Shown: in pieces, positions 50,504 through 60,461 of the stretch | Position numbering within the stretch: position 1 is the first letter of the stretch | Layout: the number at the start of each line of letters is the position of its first letter | Assembly (NCBI GenBank): GCA_965207065.1 | Contig: OZ242260.1 | Location: 736,001 to 800,000, forward strand | Reading direction: 5' to 3' | Source of the DNA: a bacterium | GTDB lineage: Bacteria > UBA8248 | Length of the DNA: 64,000 nt | Notes under the pieces: generated by a model | Told to the model about the DNA's origin: nothing | Database searches by the model: none | Seen by the model: the letters and a program-made list of their open reading frames with translations, nothing else | Translations under genes and position numbers: made by a program

Positions 50504-51067
50504 ATGGTCGAAAGCATCAATTATCCCTGGCATGAAAGCTCTGTGCCCGGCGAGCGGCCGATCGATAAACCCGAACTTCCAAAAGACGGTTATGAGATCA
50601 CCATGCTCGCAAAGACGGAAACGATGGACGATGGACAACTCAAAATCGGGCGATTCCGGCACTTTGAAGTTTTCAGCGACGAACCGCCACGCATCGGAGG
50701 AGAGGACAGGTATCCACAGCCTCTCACTTACATCGCCATGGGAGTCGGCTTCTGACTGTTGACCCAGCTTGGGCGGTACGCCCATATGACGAAAACGACA
50801 TTCGAGAAGGCCACCTGCCGCGTGGAATTCGATTATTTCCTGAAAGGTTCCGTCCTCAAGGGCGATGTGAATTCTGGATGCCGGAGGGTGCGCACGCATT
50901 TCAAAGTCGAATCGAACGAGACGGAAGAGAAAATCCTGAACATCATTCAATTGGCGAAACAGGGCTGCTATGCCGAGCAGATGGTTCAGACGGCCGTTCC
51001 GCTCACGAGCACGGTTGAGTTAAACGGAAAAAACCTTGAACTGAAAGGAATTACGGACACGAATTGA
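50504..51067 (+). CDS. OsmC/Ohr-family protein, probable selenoprotein (TGA 50753-50755 read as Sec)
   Basis: ORFs 50504-50755 and 50759-51067 are in frame; read-through gives DEPPRIGGEDRYPQPLTYIAMGVGF-U-LLTQ ... AKQGCYAE, with U at the first catalytic Cys position. Confidence 0.8.
50756..50800 (+). promoter_or_regulatory. Candidate bacterial SECIS element
   Basis: Hairpin TGGGC-GGTAC-GCCCA at 50770-50784; G-leading loop begins about 19 nt after the TGA. Confidence 0.6.
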
Positions 51068-51085
51068 CGCGGACGAGAGGGTTTC

Positions 51086-51161
<76 letters not shown>

Positions 51162-51341
51162 AGTATGTGGAGCAATCAACGGACAACCAAGGGTTGTTCC
51201 TTATCGACTCATTTGCCCCAAAAGGCAAGAGTTTCCATGCCTTTACGGGAAAGACGGGATTCTAAAACGCCCCAACCCGGGCGTCAACACGAAAACGCTT
51301 TTCGCTCTTGATGTGAAAGGCCTCCTCCCCATGGCAGGAAG

Positions 51342-52355
51342 ATGGTAAAACAGCCTCCATTTCCAGTGGGTAAACTTCCGCCAGATGTACTGGATAATCT
51401 GCTCAAGAGCGCAAGTTCGCACCCGCGTCTTGTAGTGGGTCCAAAGATTGGAGAAGACGCGGCCGTCATCGACATGGGAGACCGCTATCTCATCGCGAAA
51501 TCAGACCCCATCACGTTTGTGGAACACCACATCGGCCGCTATGCCGTACACGTAAACGCGAACGACATCGCCTGCATGGGCGCTACTCCTTTGTGGTTCC
51601 TGATGACCCTGCTTCTGCCGGAAGGACGCGCTGATGAGGCGATGATAAGCCGTATCTGGAAAGAGGTGGAAAATACTTGCGACGATTTGGACATCACCAT
51701 ATGTGGCGGACATACGGAGATTACCTCGGGACTGGAATTTCCGATTCTTTCGGGCCACATGCTGGGGGAAGTATCGAAGGAGAATCTGGTACGCGGCGCA
51801 GACGCACAAGTAGATGATTTAATTCTGCTTACGCGTCCCATACCTGTGGAGGGAACGGCTATCCTGGCGGATGCGAAATACGATTTTCTGAAAAACCACA
51901 TGGATGTCGAGATCTTGGAAAATGCGAAAAAGACCCTGGAATCTCCCGGCATCAGCGTGGTGGCGCAAGCTTTGGCGGCGGCCGGTACAGGCCAGGTGCA
52001 CGCGATGCACGACCCGACCGAAGGAGGGCTGGCCACCGGCATCCATGAAATGGCGGAGGCCGCCGGCCTGGGAGCCATTGTTGAGGAGAACAACATACCC
52101 ATTTCCTTTGAAGGGGGGAAGATTTGCAAGGCATTGAATCTGGACCCTTTAGGTGTCATTACATCGGGAGCGCTTTTGCTGGCGGTTCCGGCGGAAGGGG
52201 AAGAAACCGTTCGGGAAACGCTCATGGCGACGGGTGCAATGGGTGTGCAAATCGGCAGGTTATGCGCCCCTGATTCAGGAGTTGTGATTCAGCGCGACGG
52301 AAAAACTTCTCCGCTTAGGCGTTTTGATTCCGACGAAATTTCAAAAGTGCTGTAA
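51342..52355 (+). CDS. AIR synthase-related protein (PurM/HypE/ThiL superfamily)
   Basis: 337 aa; GKLP, GEDAAV, KSDPIT, NANDIACMGA, GGHTE, MHDPTEGGL. Confidence 0.85.
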   Translation: MVKQPPFPVGKLPPDVLDNLLKSASSHPRLVVGPKIGEDAAVIDMGDRYLIAKSDPITFVEHHIGRYAVHVNANDIACMGATPLWFLMTLLLPEGRADEAMISRIWKEVENTCDDLDITICGGHTEITSGLEFPILSGHMLGEVSKENLVRGADAQVDDLILLTRPIPVEGTAILADAKYDFLKNHMDVEILENAKKTLESPGISVVAQALAAAGTGQVHAMHDPTEGGLATGIHEMAEAAGLGAIVEENNIPISFEGGKICKALNLDPLGVITSGALLLAVPAEGEETVRETLMATGAMGVQIGRLCAPDSGVVIQRDGKTSPLRRFDSDEISKVL

Positions 52356-52365
52356 GGGAGCGAGG

Positions 52366-52950
52366 ATGAAACGAGCCATGGAGGGTGTGCTGCTCGATTT
52401 TGACGGCACGCTCACGAAACCCGCCTTTGACTGGCCCGTCATGAAAGAGGAGATGGGATTGCTCGACGGGGAGGTATCGATACTGGATTATCTCCCAACG
52501 CTCTCTCCCGAAAGAGCGCGTGAAATATCGGATATCCTTGAAAAACATGAACTTAAAGCCGCCGATATCGCGGAGGCCAACGATGGCTCGCATGCTTTGA
52601 TTGCGTACCTGCGAACCAGAAAAATCCCCTTCGGCGTCGTTACGAACAATGCGGAGCGGCATGTTCTGAAAATGGTGAAAAAAATAAATATCTCTTTCGA
52701 AGTCCTGATCACCCGGGATATCGGCTACTGGAAGCCGGACCCGAGACCCATGCTCGCAGGCGCCGAGGCGATCGGCGTATCGCCTGAAAAATGCGTCGTC
52801 ATCGGCGACGGGAAATACGACATGATGGCCGCCAAAGCGGCGGGAATGTTGTCGGTCCACCTGACGGAACGCTCCTCGATTCCCAGTGATCTGACGCTTC
52901 GCAGCCTCCGGGATGCGCCTGCCCTGCTCAAACAACTGATTGATAAATAA
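52366..52950 (+). CDS. HAD family hydrolase
   Basis: DFDGTL, VTNN, KPDP, IGDGKYD; start ATG 52366 or 52378. Confidence 0.9.
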   Translation: MKRAMEGVLLDFDGTLTKPAFDWPVMKEEMGLLDGEVSILDYLPTLSPERAREISDILEKHELKAADIAEANDGSHALIAYLRTRKIPFGVVTNNAERHVLKMVKKINISFEVLITRDIGYWKPDPRPMLAGAEAIGVSPEKCVVIGDGKYDMMAAKAAGMLSVHLTERSSIPSDLTLRSLRDAPALLKQLIDK

Positions 52951-53380
52951 AGACTTGGGGCACGCCCTTTTGGGACATGCCCCATGGTGGAAGGAATCCG
53001 CCCAACTCGGGCGAATCGTTTGGCGAGATGTCAGTGAATCAGCATCGGGGGACCCTTCAACTGACCACCGGGGAGAAAAGGCTCCTCTTTTGCAAGGCGC
53101 CCATTGAGGGCAAAAGGTACACACCCTTATATATTGCACAAATCGTGCCAAAGAAGAACATTCTACGGCTAAAAACAAAACAAGCGCATAATGATAATGA
53201 TATCAGTCAGATACAATTTCTACACAGCGCGATAATCTCAGGATATACGCCCCTCAGGTTCCGGCGGGCGGCATCACACTTTGACTATTATTCGGGAACG
53301 GGAGGCCCCGGTCTGACAATATGTCAATCCAGGACCCGGATGAGTTCCGCCGAAGCCGGAAATTATGGCAGTTATATGAT

Positions 53381-53569
53381 AATTCCCCGCAACTCCCCGC
53401 TTTTGCCGTCATCGGGGCAGGCACGGACCGTGGCAGAATTCCCCTGCGCCGCGCGATGCGGTTGCATCTTTTCCGAAGAAAACCTCATCATTTAATTACC
53501 GGAAAACCTCGTGAATTTATCGAATAACCCCGTGAATTTATCTATATTTATCGAAATTATTATTTGCAT
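53381..53569 (-). repeat. Dispersed non-coding repeat, copy 3 (inverted)
   Basis: Reverse complement reads CGATAAATATAGATAAATTCACGGGGTTATTCGATAAATT...GGCGCAGGGGAATTCTGCCAC...CGATGACGGCAAAAGCGGGGAGTTGCGGGGAATT. Confidence 0.85.
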
Positions 53570-53719
53570 TAAATGGCCTTTCATCATTTCTGAATAAGCC
53601 CGGCGACCCTGCCCTTCTTTCATCTTGCCCCCCCGGTCTCGCCCAGCCCCTGGAACCTCATCGCGATGCTCACCCCTGCATATCGCCTGAACCGAGGCCA
53701 CCCATCGGGACCTTCCCGA

Positions 53720-54139
53720 TTATCGAAAGCGGCTCTTGCGGTAGACGCCGCCCAGACCCAGGAGAAGCCGGATCTTCGAGGCCTTCGATTCGAGCTTCTC
53801 ACCCGACCCGTCGACAGCCGTCTCCGCATCGTCGACCCTCTGCTCCAGGTCCAGTGAATCACGCAGGGAGAGCGCCCAGCCCTCGAAGGCGCGCCCGATC
53901 CCGGAGACAACGCCCACGCCGCCCTTGATGCGCGCCGTATCTCAGACCGAGACCCGTGCGTCCACCGAATCGGTGAACGCATCCACCGAAACCCCAGAGT
54001 TCGCGTCCATCCCATCAATTGCTGACAGGAGCGCTCTAGGATGTGCGAGAGTCTGAATTGTTTCGCTTGCGTTATGATTACATCTTTTTGAAAGCAACCC
54101 ACAAAGAAAATCCAAAAGAATATCCACAATGGTTTCCAT
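53720..54139 (-). pseudogene. Probable degraded gene fragment of unknown family
   Basis: ORFs 53942-54139 and 53720-53917 are in frame across one TGA; coiled-coil-like C-terminal part. Confidence 0.3.
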
Positions 54140-54369
54140 AATCTAAAAAGACTTCACCGCCGATGGAAACGCCCGAAGGTCTATAAACAGGCTAACATTA
54201 TCAACGAACTCGTTATCCTGCTGGTCCACTTCAGGCTATCGAACGTTATCTGCCTGCCAAGCGCTGGTCGCCTCTCTCCTGCGCGTCCACTGGCGGGCAT
54301 TTTCTCATCGACGACGAAACATCCTTTGTACTCCAGGAACGTTTCGCACGGTATCTCCCGCTCTGTGCC

Positions 54370-54518
54370 ATGAACAGCTCGGACCGGAGAGGGCCGGGAC
54401 GGTGCTTGAAACGCTCGGACAATCGCTGACCCGCGAAGAGCGCGGGGAAATGGCTTATGTCAGCGCGCAGATGCCGGGGTGGCTGGTGGAACCCGTGAGT
54501 CGACTGGCGCATGGCTGA
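54370..54518 (+). pseudogene. C-terminal remnant of a DUF6088/AbiEi-like antitoxin
   Basis: LGPERAGTVLETLGQSLTREERGEMAYVSAQMPGWLVEPVSRLAHG*, overlapping the toxin start as in type IV TA operons; family from memory. Confidence 0.5.
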
Positions 54519-54975
54519 GCGCTATCTGAATCTCTCGCCGTGACCGTCGGGAAGTGCTTGAATTCGCCGCCGGCGTGTCAGGAAGACCGGCGTATCTGCT
54601 TGAGAAGGACATCCGGGTCGTCCGGGCTATCCAGACGCTCTTTGGAGTTCCCATAGGCGCGCCGCTCCTCTTCAAGGGCGGCGCCTCCCTGTCCAAGGCG
54701 TATCGTGCCATTGGACGTTTTGCCGGGGATTTCGACCTGAGACCCTATGACAACCGGGCGCTCGCACCCGACCTCGTGGGCGGCAGGCCGTGTGCGCTGC
54801 CGACAAGTAAGAGCCAGGAACAGCGATGGACGAGAGAGGTCCGTCGGCGTTTACCGCCTGGATGCATGACGAGGCCGTCCCGTTCCTGGAGAAGGGGCTC
54901 CATGCAGCAGGGGCGGACGACGGGACCAGGGTCGAGGACGGCGAACTCTTCTTCCACTATGCGCCGCGGACGCCG
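54511..54975 (+). pseudogene. AbiEii-family nucleotidyltransferase toxin, frameshifted and truncated
   Basis: MAERYLNLSP, frameshift, then DRREVLE...YLLEKDI...LLFKGGASLSKAYRAIGRFAGDFDL (KGGTSL..RFSEDID motif degraded). Confidence 0.75.
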
Positions 54976-54983
54976 ACTGCGGC

Positions 54984-55296
54984 GTGATTCTGGGCAGGCG
55001 CACGGGGATTCACTGGAGCCGCCGGTTCGCGCGCCGGGGCTGGGTACGTGAACGCCGGGGCCATGGGGCGTCCGGCCATCTACGGGCGAACATGCGTCTG
55101 GTATGCTACGCTATCCACGGGCGCGGACCGGCTGGAAGTGGGGCATGTTCCGGTCCGCTACGATCACGAGGCGCTGGTTCGCGAAATGGCGGGAGAGGGC
55201 ATCAGTGAAGAGTTCGTCACGACGATTCGCACCGGGTGGTGGACCACCAGCCTGGAGCCCCCGCCGGGCAGGGAACGGGCTCGCGGGCGCTACTGA
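54984..55296 (+). pseudogene. C-terminal remnant of a metallophosphoesterase-like gene
   Basis: TGIHWSRRF..GWV, frameshift, NAGAMGRPA..GRTCVWYA..YDHEAL..EEFVTTIRTGWWTT; N-terminus missing; family from memory. Confidence 0.5.
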
Positions 55297-55344
55297 GGGT
55301 CCGTGGTCCCGGCTTTCCTCCGGTACGCCAACCGGGAGGCGCCG

Positions 55345-57171
55345 TTGAGTGCTCACATCGCCTATCTGGACGGACCGCGCCTGCGCCGGTCTCTGGTCGC
55401 TGCCTGCGAGTATACCCGCCAGCAGCGGCAGGAATTGAACCGCATCAACGTCTTTCCGGTGCCCGACGGCGACACCGGCACCAACCTGGGCCTTACCGTG
55501 GAGGCCATCGCGGACCGCCTGCGGCGCAACTGCGACCGGGCGGTTTCCGCCGTCGCGGACGATGCAGCCGAAGCGGCGCTGCTGGGTGCGCGCGGCAACA
55601 GCGGGATGATGCTGTCGCACTTCCTGCTGGGCTTCGCGGCCCACCTGAAGGGACGCGAGCGCGTGGGCCCGCGTGGGTTCGCCGAGGCGCTGGGCGGGGG
55701 CATCGACAACCTCTACAACGCGCTCGACAACCCGGTCGAGGGCACCATTCTGACCGTCATCCGGGACACCGCGAACGCTGCGAAGGAGAGCTCCGCCACG
55801 GACTTCGTCCTCTGCGTCGATCGCTTGGTGGACGCCGCGCGCGAGTCGCTCGAGCACACGCCCTCGCTGCTCCCGGTGCTCAAGGCGGCGGGGGTGGTGG
55901 ACGCTGGCGGCCGCGGTTTCGTGCACATGCTGGAGGGCGTGCTCCTGCTCATCAACGGGGACCCGATCGTCGCCTCCGGAGACGAGACGGATTACGCGCA
56001 GGTCCCGGCGACCGTCGCCGAGGTCGAGTATCCCGAGAATGAAGAGCAGTACCGCTACTGCACCGAGGCGTTGGTGCGCGGCGAGGGGCTGCCGGCGTCC
56101 GCGATCGTGCGTGAGGAACTGCGCCGCCATGGCGATTCCATCATCGTGGTCAGCACCGACACCCTGCTCAAGGTGCACGTGCACACGGACGGTCCTGATG
56201 GAGTCTTCTCCTACCTGCGCACGCTGGGCAGGCTCGCCACGAAGAAGGCCGAGGACATGCGCGCCCAGCACGCGGCGGCGCGCCACGGCGGGGGCGGCCA
56301 TCAGACCCTGGTGCGGCGTCCCTTCGCGATCGTGACCGACAGCGGCAACGATCTCCCCGAAGACATCATCCGCGCCCACGGCATCCACGTGGTCCCGGTC
56401 GTGCTGGTGGACGGAGACCGCCCCCTGCGCGACGGTATCGACATCACCGCGGAGGAATTCCACGAGAAGATGCGCGACGCCGGCGGAGAACTGCCCACAA
56501 CCTCGCAGCCTCCGCCGCAGGCCTTCCTGGACGGCTTCGCGCGGGCCGCCGAGGACGGCGACCAGATCATGGGCGTCGTGCTTGGAAGCGGCGTGTCCGG
56601 CACCTTCGGTTCTGCGGAAGCGGCGGCGCGGACCTTCGACAAGGTGCCGGTGCACCTCTTCGACTCCTGCGGAGTGTCTATTCTCGAGGGGCTGCTTGTG
56701 CTGAAGGCGGCGGAACTGGCGGAGAGCGGAACGAGCGCCTGCGAGATCCTGGCCGAACTCTCCCGCGTGCGCGCGCAGTCCGGCATTTTCGCCACCGTGG
56801 ACACCTTCGACCGCCTGCTGCACTCGGGGAGGGTGGGGAAAGGCCAGGCCTGGTTCGGGGGCATGCTGGGGGTGAAGCCCATCCTGTCGCTGACCGAGGA
56901 GGGGAAGGTCGTTCCGGTCGGCAAGGTGATCGGCCGCAATAAGGTGCTTCCGGCGGTTCTCGGTCTTCTGGAGGACCGCATCCCGGCCGGTACAAAGAAA
57001 CTCCGCTTCGGCGTGGTGCACGTCGGGTGCCCGGAGATCGTCGAGCAGGTCTCGGCCGCCCTCCACGCGCGCTACGGCGACGTGGACATCCTCGGCGGCC
57101 CCACGGCCCCGATCTTCGCCACCCACCTGGGACTGGGCGCCTGGTGCCTGGCCTACATGGTCGAGGACTAG
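55345..57171 (+). CDS. DAK2 + DegV fusion (fatty acid kinase FakA-FakB-like)
   Basis: LNRINVFPVPDGDTGTN, GARGNSG, PVEGTILTV, VVDAGG, KVHVHT, then DegV IVTDS, PTTSQP, SGTF, LLHSGR, VKPIL, THLG; TTG start after GGGAGG. Confidence 0.9.
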   Translation: MSAHIAYLDGPRLRRSLVAACEYTRQQRQELNRINVFPVPDGDTGTNLGLTVEAIADRLRRNCDRAVSAVADDAAEAALLGARGNSGMMLSHFLLGFAAHLKGRERVGPRGFAEALGGGIDNLYNALDNPVEGTILTVIRDTANAAKESSATDFVLCVDRLVDAARESLEHTPSLLPVLKAAGVVDAGGRGFVHMLEGVLLLINGDPIVASGDETDYAQVPATVAEVEYPENEEQYRYCTEALVRGEGLPASAIVREELRRHGDSIIVVSTDTLLKVHVHTDGPDGVFSYLRTLGRLATKKAEDMRAQHAAARHGGGGHQTLVRRPFAIVTDSGNDLPEDIIRAHGIHVVPVVLVDGDRPLRDGIDITAEEFHEKMRDAGGELPTTSQPPPQAFLDGFARAAEDGDQIMGVVLGSGVSGTFGSAEAAARTFDKVPVHLFDSCGVSILEGLLVLKAAELAESGTSACEILAELSRVRAQSGIFATVDTFDRLLHSGRVGKGQAWFGGMLGVKPILSLTEEGKVVPVGKVIGRNKVLPAVLGLLEDRIPAGTKKLRFGVVHVGCPEIVEQVSAALHARYGDVDILGGPTAPIFATHLGLGAWCLAYMVED

Positions 57172-57631
57172 GGACTAGCTCGGCGAGGGGGTAGCACACA
57201 TGGGCCGCCAGGCGGGCGAGGTGCGTCTCCTGGGACGTGGGGCTGGTCATCACGATGTGCAGATCAACTGCCATGCCGCCATTCCCTGAACGTCACCGCG
57301 CGGAACCACGCCCATCACGGGACGAATGAACGGATGCGAAGACGCTCCGACAGGAATGCTCCAGGTTGCGCACGAGTTTGAATTCACCCGCTACCGTTTC
57401 GATTACATATTGCAATAACCGGGTCTCAATCGAAACTCGAAAAAACCAATACCCGAAATGTTTTCAATAAATTATAAGGATTCCCCGCCCGTCGGACATC
57501 CCCCACTGTCTCTCAACGGGCGCAGGGCGCTCTCACAATTTTATTCCTTAGATTTTCGCCGGAAATCAAATTTGCACCCGCTAGGTTCACCCGAGGAAAA
57601 GTCCCTTGCCAAGTAGAGTTGGACTGGCGGT

Positions 57632-58873
57632 TTACGCATTGCCTTCCAATTCGATGCGCTTGAAGTAGTAGCTGTCTTCGGCCGTCACGACCAGCCCCTC
57701 CGTCGAGGCATTGCGGATCGCCGTAACCTCGATCTGGTACTTCAAGCCGTAATGCGAAATTTTCCCCAATCCGGCTTCGACGGAATTCCTGGCGGGAAAC
57801 GGGAAAGCGAAGAAGTTCCTGTAAAGGGCGTTGTAGGCGTCATAGTCACGGAAATCGGTCAGCGTCACCTGCGATTGCGCGACGTCCAACACCTCCATGT
57901 CGAACTCCTTCAGTAGGTGTTCCACATTGGCAAGGACGTTTCGCGTCTGCTTCTGGATGTCCCCTGGATCGCGCACGCCACCTTCGTCATCCACGCTGAG
58001 GATTCCGTTGGAAATCATCATCTCACCGGCCAGGACGCCTCGGGCGTTTCCGGGCCCCGTCCGATATTCCTTCTCCCCAAGGTATGCGGTCGGCTCTATC
58101 ATTACGTCGGCTTCGAGAATCGGCAAAGGCGCCGTCACGGTCGTCGTGATTGGTATCGGCTCCCCAAATGCGTCGGCGATGGCCGCATCTACAGCCTCCA
58201 CGTCTCTCATGTCACGGACGAACACCCGCAGGCGAATGATGTCCCCTAGGGATCCGCCGTTTTCAGCCAATATGTCTCCAATTCCCTGGAGAATGGCTTC
58301 GGCCTGCGCCTTTGAATTCCCCGGCGAGACGACTTGACCTTCGGCGTCGATCGGCAGCCGCGCGCTCAGGCACAACAGGTCGCCCATCCTCCTCCCGGCG
58401 CAGGAAGGCGCATACTCATGCGCCTGCTTCACCGCCGGCAGGAGTGGTGTGGTTTCTACGGCGCCGGCCAGCCCCTCGATTTCCATGATCATCGACGGCA
58501 TATACAGGCCGTAGCCGACGAGCGTGTCAGCCGGTTCGGCCGGGCCGCGGTGCTTCTCGTACGCTTTGACGAATGGCCCGATCTCTTTCCAACCCTCGAG
58601 GAAATGATTCAGACGAAGAACGTCACGCCACTTGCCGCCGGCAATCTCAACGGAGAGTTTCAGAGACTCGATGGCCTGGCGCGTCTGGGCTTCCATGTCG
58701 GCCCGACCGGGCGTTTCTCCGGCCATTCGGCCATTCGGGACGCCATCGACAATCAACGCTTCCGTCGTGATGCCCGGCATCCCGCCAAGAAAGATGTAAC
58801 CCCCCGCCCGAAACGCGTAACAGTAAGGTCCAGATGGAGGAGGCAGTCTCGGATCTTGTATTGTCCTGGGCAT
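57632..58873 (-). CDS. Rid (YjgF/YER057c/UK114) family protein with three tandem domains
   Basis: 413 aa; three repeats of about 125 aa with G.(M/S/I)..Q(T/A)....L...G and a terminal IE..A strand. Confidence 0.8.
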   Translation of the reverse strand: MPRTIQDPRLPPPSGPYCYAFRAGGYIFLGGMPGITTEALIVDGVPNGRMAGETPGRADMEAQTRQAIESLKLSVEIAGGKWRDVLRLNHFLEGWKEIGPFVKAYEKHRGPAEPADTLVGYGLYMPSMIMEIEGLAGAVETTPLLPAVKQAHEYAPSCAGRRMGDLLCLSARLPIDAEGQVVSPGNSKAQAEAILQGIGDILAENGGSLGDIIRLRVFVRDMRDVEAVDAAIADAFGEPIPITTTVTAPLPILEADVMIEPTAYLGEKEYRTGPGNARGVLAGEMMISNGILSVDDEGGVRDPGDIQKQTRNVLANVEHLLKEFDMEVLDVAQSQVTLTDFRDYDAYNALYRNFFAFPFPARNSVEAGLGKISHYGLKYQIEVTAIRNASTEGLVVTAEDSYYFKRIELEGNA

Positions 58874-58990
58874 ACTCGGATCCTCCTGTTATGAGACTCG
58901 TGATGACCGCTCGTCACAGTTCACACGCATATCGCTTTTGGTTGGCGTCTTCGTCGTCTCGCATCGGCCGCAACACACGACTTCAAAATG

Positions 58991-59695
58991 TTACCCCCCG
59001 AGGTAGTGGCGTATCAGGTCGCCGTCCCCGACAAGATTGGCGGTGGGCCCGGCCATGGAGATATTACCGTCGCGCAATATGTACCCGTAGTCGGCGACCG
59101 AGAGCGCCAGATGAACATTTTGCTCGACCAGAAGAATCGTCATCCCGCTCTCCTTCAGTTGCATGATGATTTCGCCCAGGCGCTCGACGAGGATCGGCGC
59201 AAGCCCTGAGGAAGGTTCATCGAGCAGCAGAAGCTTCGGCCGCGAGATCAGACCGCGTCCGAATGCGACGAGCTGCTGTTGCCCGACACTGAGCGCATTA
59301 CCCTTGCGCCTCAGCCATTGGCGAACCTCCGGAAACCGTTCGTAGATAGCCTCGAAGTCGTCCTTCGATTTCTCTTGGCGACGCCGCGCGTAAGCGCCGA
59401 GCCTCAGGTTCTCCATAACCGTCAGAGGCGCGAAGATGCGGCGGCCCTGCGGCACAAGAGAAATGCCCATTGGAACGATTTCACGAGGTTCCATGCCACA
59501 GATTTCCTTGTCCTCGAATCGAATGCTGCCGGCGCTCGCCTTAACGGCGCCGACGATCGTTTTCAGCGTTGTCGATTTTCCCGAGCCATTGCCGCCAAGC
59601 AGGGTAATGACCTTGCCGGCGGGAACTTCGAGCGATACCCCGCTCAGAACCTGTACGGGGCCATACGAGGCCCAGATATTCTCAAGCGTCAACAT
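58991..59695 (-). CDS. livF: ABC ATPase (LivF-like)
   Basis: GGNGSGKST, LSVGQQQL, LDEPSSGLAP, LVEQN. Confidence 0.9.
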   Translation of the reverse strand: MLTLENIWASYGPVQVLSGVSLEVPAGKVITLLGGNGSGKSTTLKTIVGAVKASAGSIRFEDKEICGMEPREIVPMGISLVPQGRRIFAPLTVMENLRLGAYARRRQEKSKDDFEAIYERFPEVRQWLRRKGNALSVGQQQLVAFGRGLISRPKLLLLDEPSSGLAPILVERLGEIIMQLKESGMTILLVEQNVHLALSVADYGYILRDGNISMAGPTANLVGDGDLIRHYLGG

Positions 59696-60461
59696 ACTTC
59701 ATCGCCTTGCCCAGATAGGCCTCGATTACATTCGGATCCTTGCGAACCACCTCGGGTGTCCCCTCGGCGATCTTCTCGCCGTGATCGAGAACCGTGATAC
59801 GGTCGGAAATACTCATCACCAGGCGGATGACGTGCTCTATCAGCAATATACTCGTCTTCCCGTGAGATCGCAGGTTACCCAGAATTTCGGTGAGCCGCTC
59901 GTACATCACCGGACTTAAACCCGCGGCCGGTTCGTCCAGCAGGATAAGCAGCGGCTCGGAAACCAGCGCGCGCGCGAGTTCCAGCATGCGTTGTTGGCCA
60001 AACGACATCCGGTTTGCCGGCCGGTTGGCGAGATGAGCGAGACGCACGGATTCAAGCGCCTCATACGCCCTGTCCCTGATCTCAGAATCTTCCCGTACGA
60101 CCCGAGGCGGACGAAAGATCCCGCCGATAACACCGCTTCGGCTCTTGCCGTGATAGCCGACCATGACGTTCTCGAGCCCCGTCATTTCCGAAAACACCTG
60201 GAGGTCCTGAAAGGTGCGCGAAATTCCCAGGCTTGCCATGTTGTATGCCCTGGTCGAACTGATCTTCTGGCCGTTAAAGACGACCTCACCCGACTTCTGG
60301 CGCAAAAACCCCGTGATCGCGTTGCAAAGAGTCGTCTTTCCCGATCCGTTCGGACCAATCAGTCCATGTATCTCACCATTGCCAATTTCGAGCGATACGT
60401 TCGATAGAGCCGTAAGCGCCCCATAATTCACGGTCAGATCATCTATCTTAAGAACTGACAT
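59682..60461 (-). CDS. livG: ABC ATPase (LivG-like)
   Basis: GPNGSGKTT, SRTFQ, MSFGQQR, LDEPAAG, EAYLG. Confidence 0.9.
   Translation of the reverse strand: MSVLKIDDLTVNYGALTALSNVSLEIGNGEIHGLIGPNGSGKTTLCNAITGFLRQKSGEVVFNGQKISSTRAYNMASLGISRTFQDLQVFSEMTGLENVMVGYHGKSRSGVIGGIFRPPRVVREDSEIRDRAYEALESVRLAHLANRPANRMSFGQQRMLELARALVSEPLLILLDEPAAGLSPVMYERLTEILGNLRSHGKTSILLIEHVIRLVMSISDRITVLDHGEKIAEGTPEVVRKDPNVIEAYLGKAMKYVDA

Noticed and set aside
51342-52355. SelD (selenophosphate synthetase) beside the selenoprotein
   Set aside because: Same superfamily, but it lacks the N-terminal Cys/Sec-x-x-Lys motif and fits the AIR-synthase-related group
53942-53944. Second Sec codon joining ORFs 53942-54139 and 53720-53917
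   Set aside because: In frame, but with no redox-motif context or clear hairpin, and it lies among pseudogenes
55111-57126. Long antisense ORFs (671 aa here; also 24435-25850, 16977-18317, 41561-43051, 3073-4230)
   Set aside because: Shadow frames of GC-rich genes on the opposite strand, with no recognisable motifs
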